Source: Bdellovibrionales bacterium
GTDB taxonomy: Bacteria; Bdellovibrionota; Bdellovibrionia; Bdellovibrionales; JAUICD01
Assembly (NCBI GenBank): GCA_965203275.1
Contig: OZ241865.1
Location: 576,001 to 640,000, forward strand
Direction: 5' to 3'
Length of the DNA: 64,000 nt
Positions within the stretch are counted from its first letter, which is position 1, and every line of letters starts with the position of its first letter. The notes beneath the pieces were generated by a model that was given only the letters and a program-made list of their open reading frames with translations, had not been told where the DNA came from and did not search any database. Positions 62,524-64,000 of this stretch are shown here, piece by piece. The translations under genes and the position numbers were made by a program.

Positions 62524-63240
62524 TTAATCTCCTGATACAATTGTTCCTATCTTTTCACCACAGACAGCTCGTAGAATATTCTCTGATGTATTGAGGTTAA
62601 ACATCAAGATAGGTATTTTATTATCTCTGCAAAGGCTAATAGCTGCTGCGTCCATAGCATTAAGCTTATTTTTAAGAACATCTGTATAAGAAATATCTTC
62701 ATATTTAGAAGCATTTGTATTTTTAAAAGGGTCTTTGTCATAGATGCCATCGACTTTTGTAGCTTTAAAGATAATGTCTGCACTGATCTCCATAGCTCTA
62801 AGAGCTGCTGCTGTATCTGTTGTGAAATAAGGATTCCCTGTTCCTGCAGCAAAAATAACTATACGCCCTTTCTCTAAATGCCGAATAGCACGTCGCCTGA
62901 TATAAGGTTCAGCAATAGCTGCCATAGCGATTGCTGATTGCACACGAGTGGGGATTTTTCTTTTTTCAAAAGCATCTTGTAAGGCCAAGGCATTGATACA
63001 AGTAGCTAGCATGCCCATATAATCAGAGTTGACTCGATCCATCCCTTTAGTAGAGGCTGCAATCCCTCGAAAAATATTGCCTCCACCAATGACAATACCA
63101 ATTTGTACATTGGTTTTATAAACCTTGATAATATCATCAGTAATTCTCTCAAGTATAGAATGTGAAACAGCTACTTTACTTTGACCTGCAAGGGCTTCTC
63201 CACTGAGCTTTAATAAAATACGCTTGTATTTTGGAATCAA
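62524..63240 (-). CDS. pyrH: UMP kinase
   Basis: [36 protein letters not shown]. Confidence 0.97.
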   Translation of the reverse strand: MIPKYKRILLKLSGEALAGQSKVAVSHSILERITDDIIKVYKTNVQIGIVIGGGNIFRGIAASTKGMDRVNSDYMGMLATCINALALQDAFEKRKIPTRVQSAIAMAAIAEPYIRRRAIRHLEKGRIVIFAAGTGNPYFTTDTAAALRAMEISADIIFKATKVDGIYDKDPFKNTNASKYEDISYTDVLKNKLNAMDAAAISLCRDNKIPILMFNLNTSENILRAVCGEKIGTIVSGD

Positions 63241-63263
63241 TTTTTAAAATCCTTATTTATATT

Positions 63264-63863
63264 TTAAGTATCAGATAATCCAAGCTCATATCTTACAAAA
63301 CGGCGAATCACAATGTTTTCCCCTATTCTTGCAATAGTAGCAGTTAAAATATCTTGTATTGTTTTGTCAGGGTCTTTGACAAAAGGTTGTTCTAATAAGA
63401 TTTTGTTTTTTTTCCACTTGTTGATCTGCCCTTCAATCATTCGATCTAAGAAGTCTTTATTTTTACCTTCTTCAATTGCCTTTGCTTCTAAAATACGTCT
63501 TTCAGCTTCTACTTCTTTTGATGGTAAATCCTCTAAAGAGACACATAGAGGAGAAGATGCAGCAATATGCATAGCAATATCTTTGACAAAATCTTGAAAC
63601 TCTTGGTTCCTAGCTACAAAATCCGTTTCACAACCTACTTCTAACAGAACGCCTATTTTCCCACTGTGAATATAACTACTGATTAACCCCTCTGTAGCAG
63701 ACCTTCCTGCCTTTTTAGCAGCTTTACTTAATCCCTTCTTTCTAAGCCATTCAATTCCCTGATCTATATCACCAGAGGTTTCTACTAAAGCCTTTTTACA
63801 ATCCATCATGCCTGCACCTGTACGCTCTCTTAACAGTTTGATTTGATCTGTTGATATAGCCAC
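63264..63863 (-). CDS. tsf: Elongation factor Ts (short form)
   Basis: LRERTGAGMMDCKKAL, CETDFVARN, IGENIVIRRF. Confidence 0.97.
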   Translation of the reverse strand: MAISTDQIKLLRERTGAGMMDCKKALVETSGDIDQGIEWLRKKGLSKAAKKAGRSATEGLISSYIHSGKIGVLLEVGCETDFVARNQEFQDFVKDIAMHIAASSPLCVSLEDLPSKEVEAERRILEAKAIEEGKNKDFLDRMIEGQINKWKKNKILLEQPFVKDPDKTIQDILTATIARIGENIVIRRFVRYELGLSDT

Positions 63864-63902
63864 ATTGACCTCCTATGTTCGATTCGTAAATTTAGTGAGT
63901 AT

Positions 63903-64000
63903 TTATTTTTTATCCTTTGAAGGGGTTGCTTTTTTTAAGTTCGTTTTGGTTTTTTTATTGGATTCTTTATTTGTCTTTTTTTGAGTGGTGCTTTTTACCT
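63903..64000 (-). CDS. Lys-rich C-terminal tail of an upstream gene, probably ribosomal protein S2 (truncated by the window edge)
   Basis: Open frame VKSTTQKKTNKESNKKTKTNLKKATPSKDKK*; identity inferred only from the usual rpsB-tsf-pyrH order. Confidence 0.5.
   Translation of the reverse strand, partial: VKSTTQKKTNKESNKKTKTNLKKATPSKDKK

Overview
AT-rich bacterial chromosomal window. Gene content (RCC1-repeat lipoprotein, giant pilin-like protein, class III signal-peptide proteins, short EF-Ts) suggests Bdellovibrionota; this is inference, not a search result. Housekeeping genes (ctaB/cyoE, fadD, dppA, E1-beta, astD-like, tyrS, lpdA, pyrD, trhO, pepA, ftsQAZ, tRNA-Leu, pyrH, tsf) alternate with accessory material. 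The main unexplained signal is a dispersed intergenic repeat (about 19 near-complete copies plus fragments) whose four helices covary across many sequence variants. It forms mosaics with a related 234-246 bp tandem structured repeat and with GGGATCY heptamer modules. Other notable items: seven paralogous membrane-anchored 11-residue-repeat coiled-coil genes (a five-gene tandem array and a pair); two ~1400-aa surface-protein genes with long poly-G tracts that appear out of frame; a Type III R-M system split by ~9.9 kb of cargo (HEPN/DUF4209-like gene, IS256, type IV pilin locus, Avs-like STAND NTPase between direct repeats); and two inverted-repeat-bounded segments. All structures were read by eye; no database search or folding program was run.
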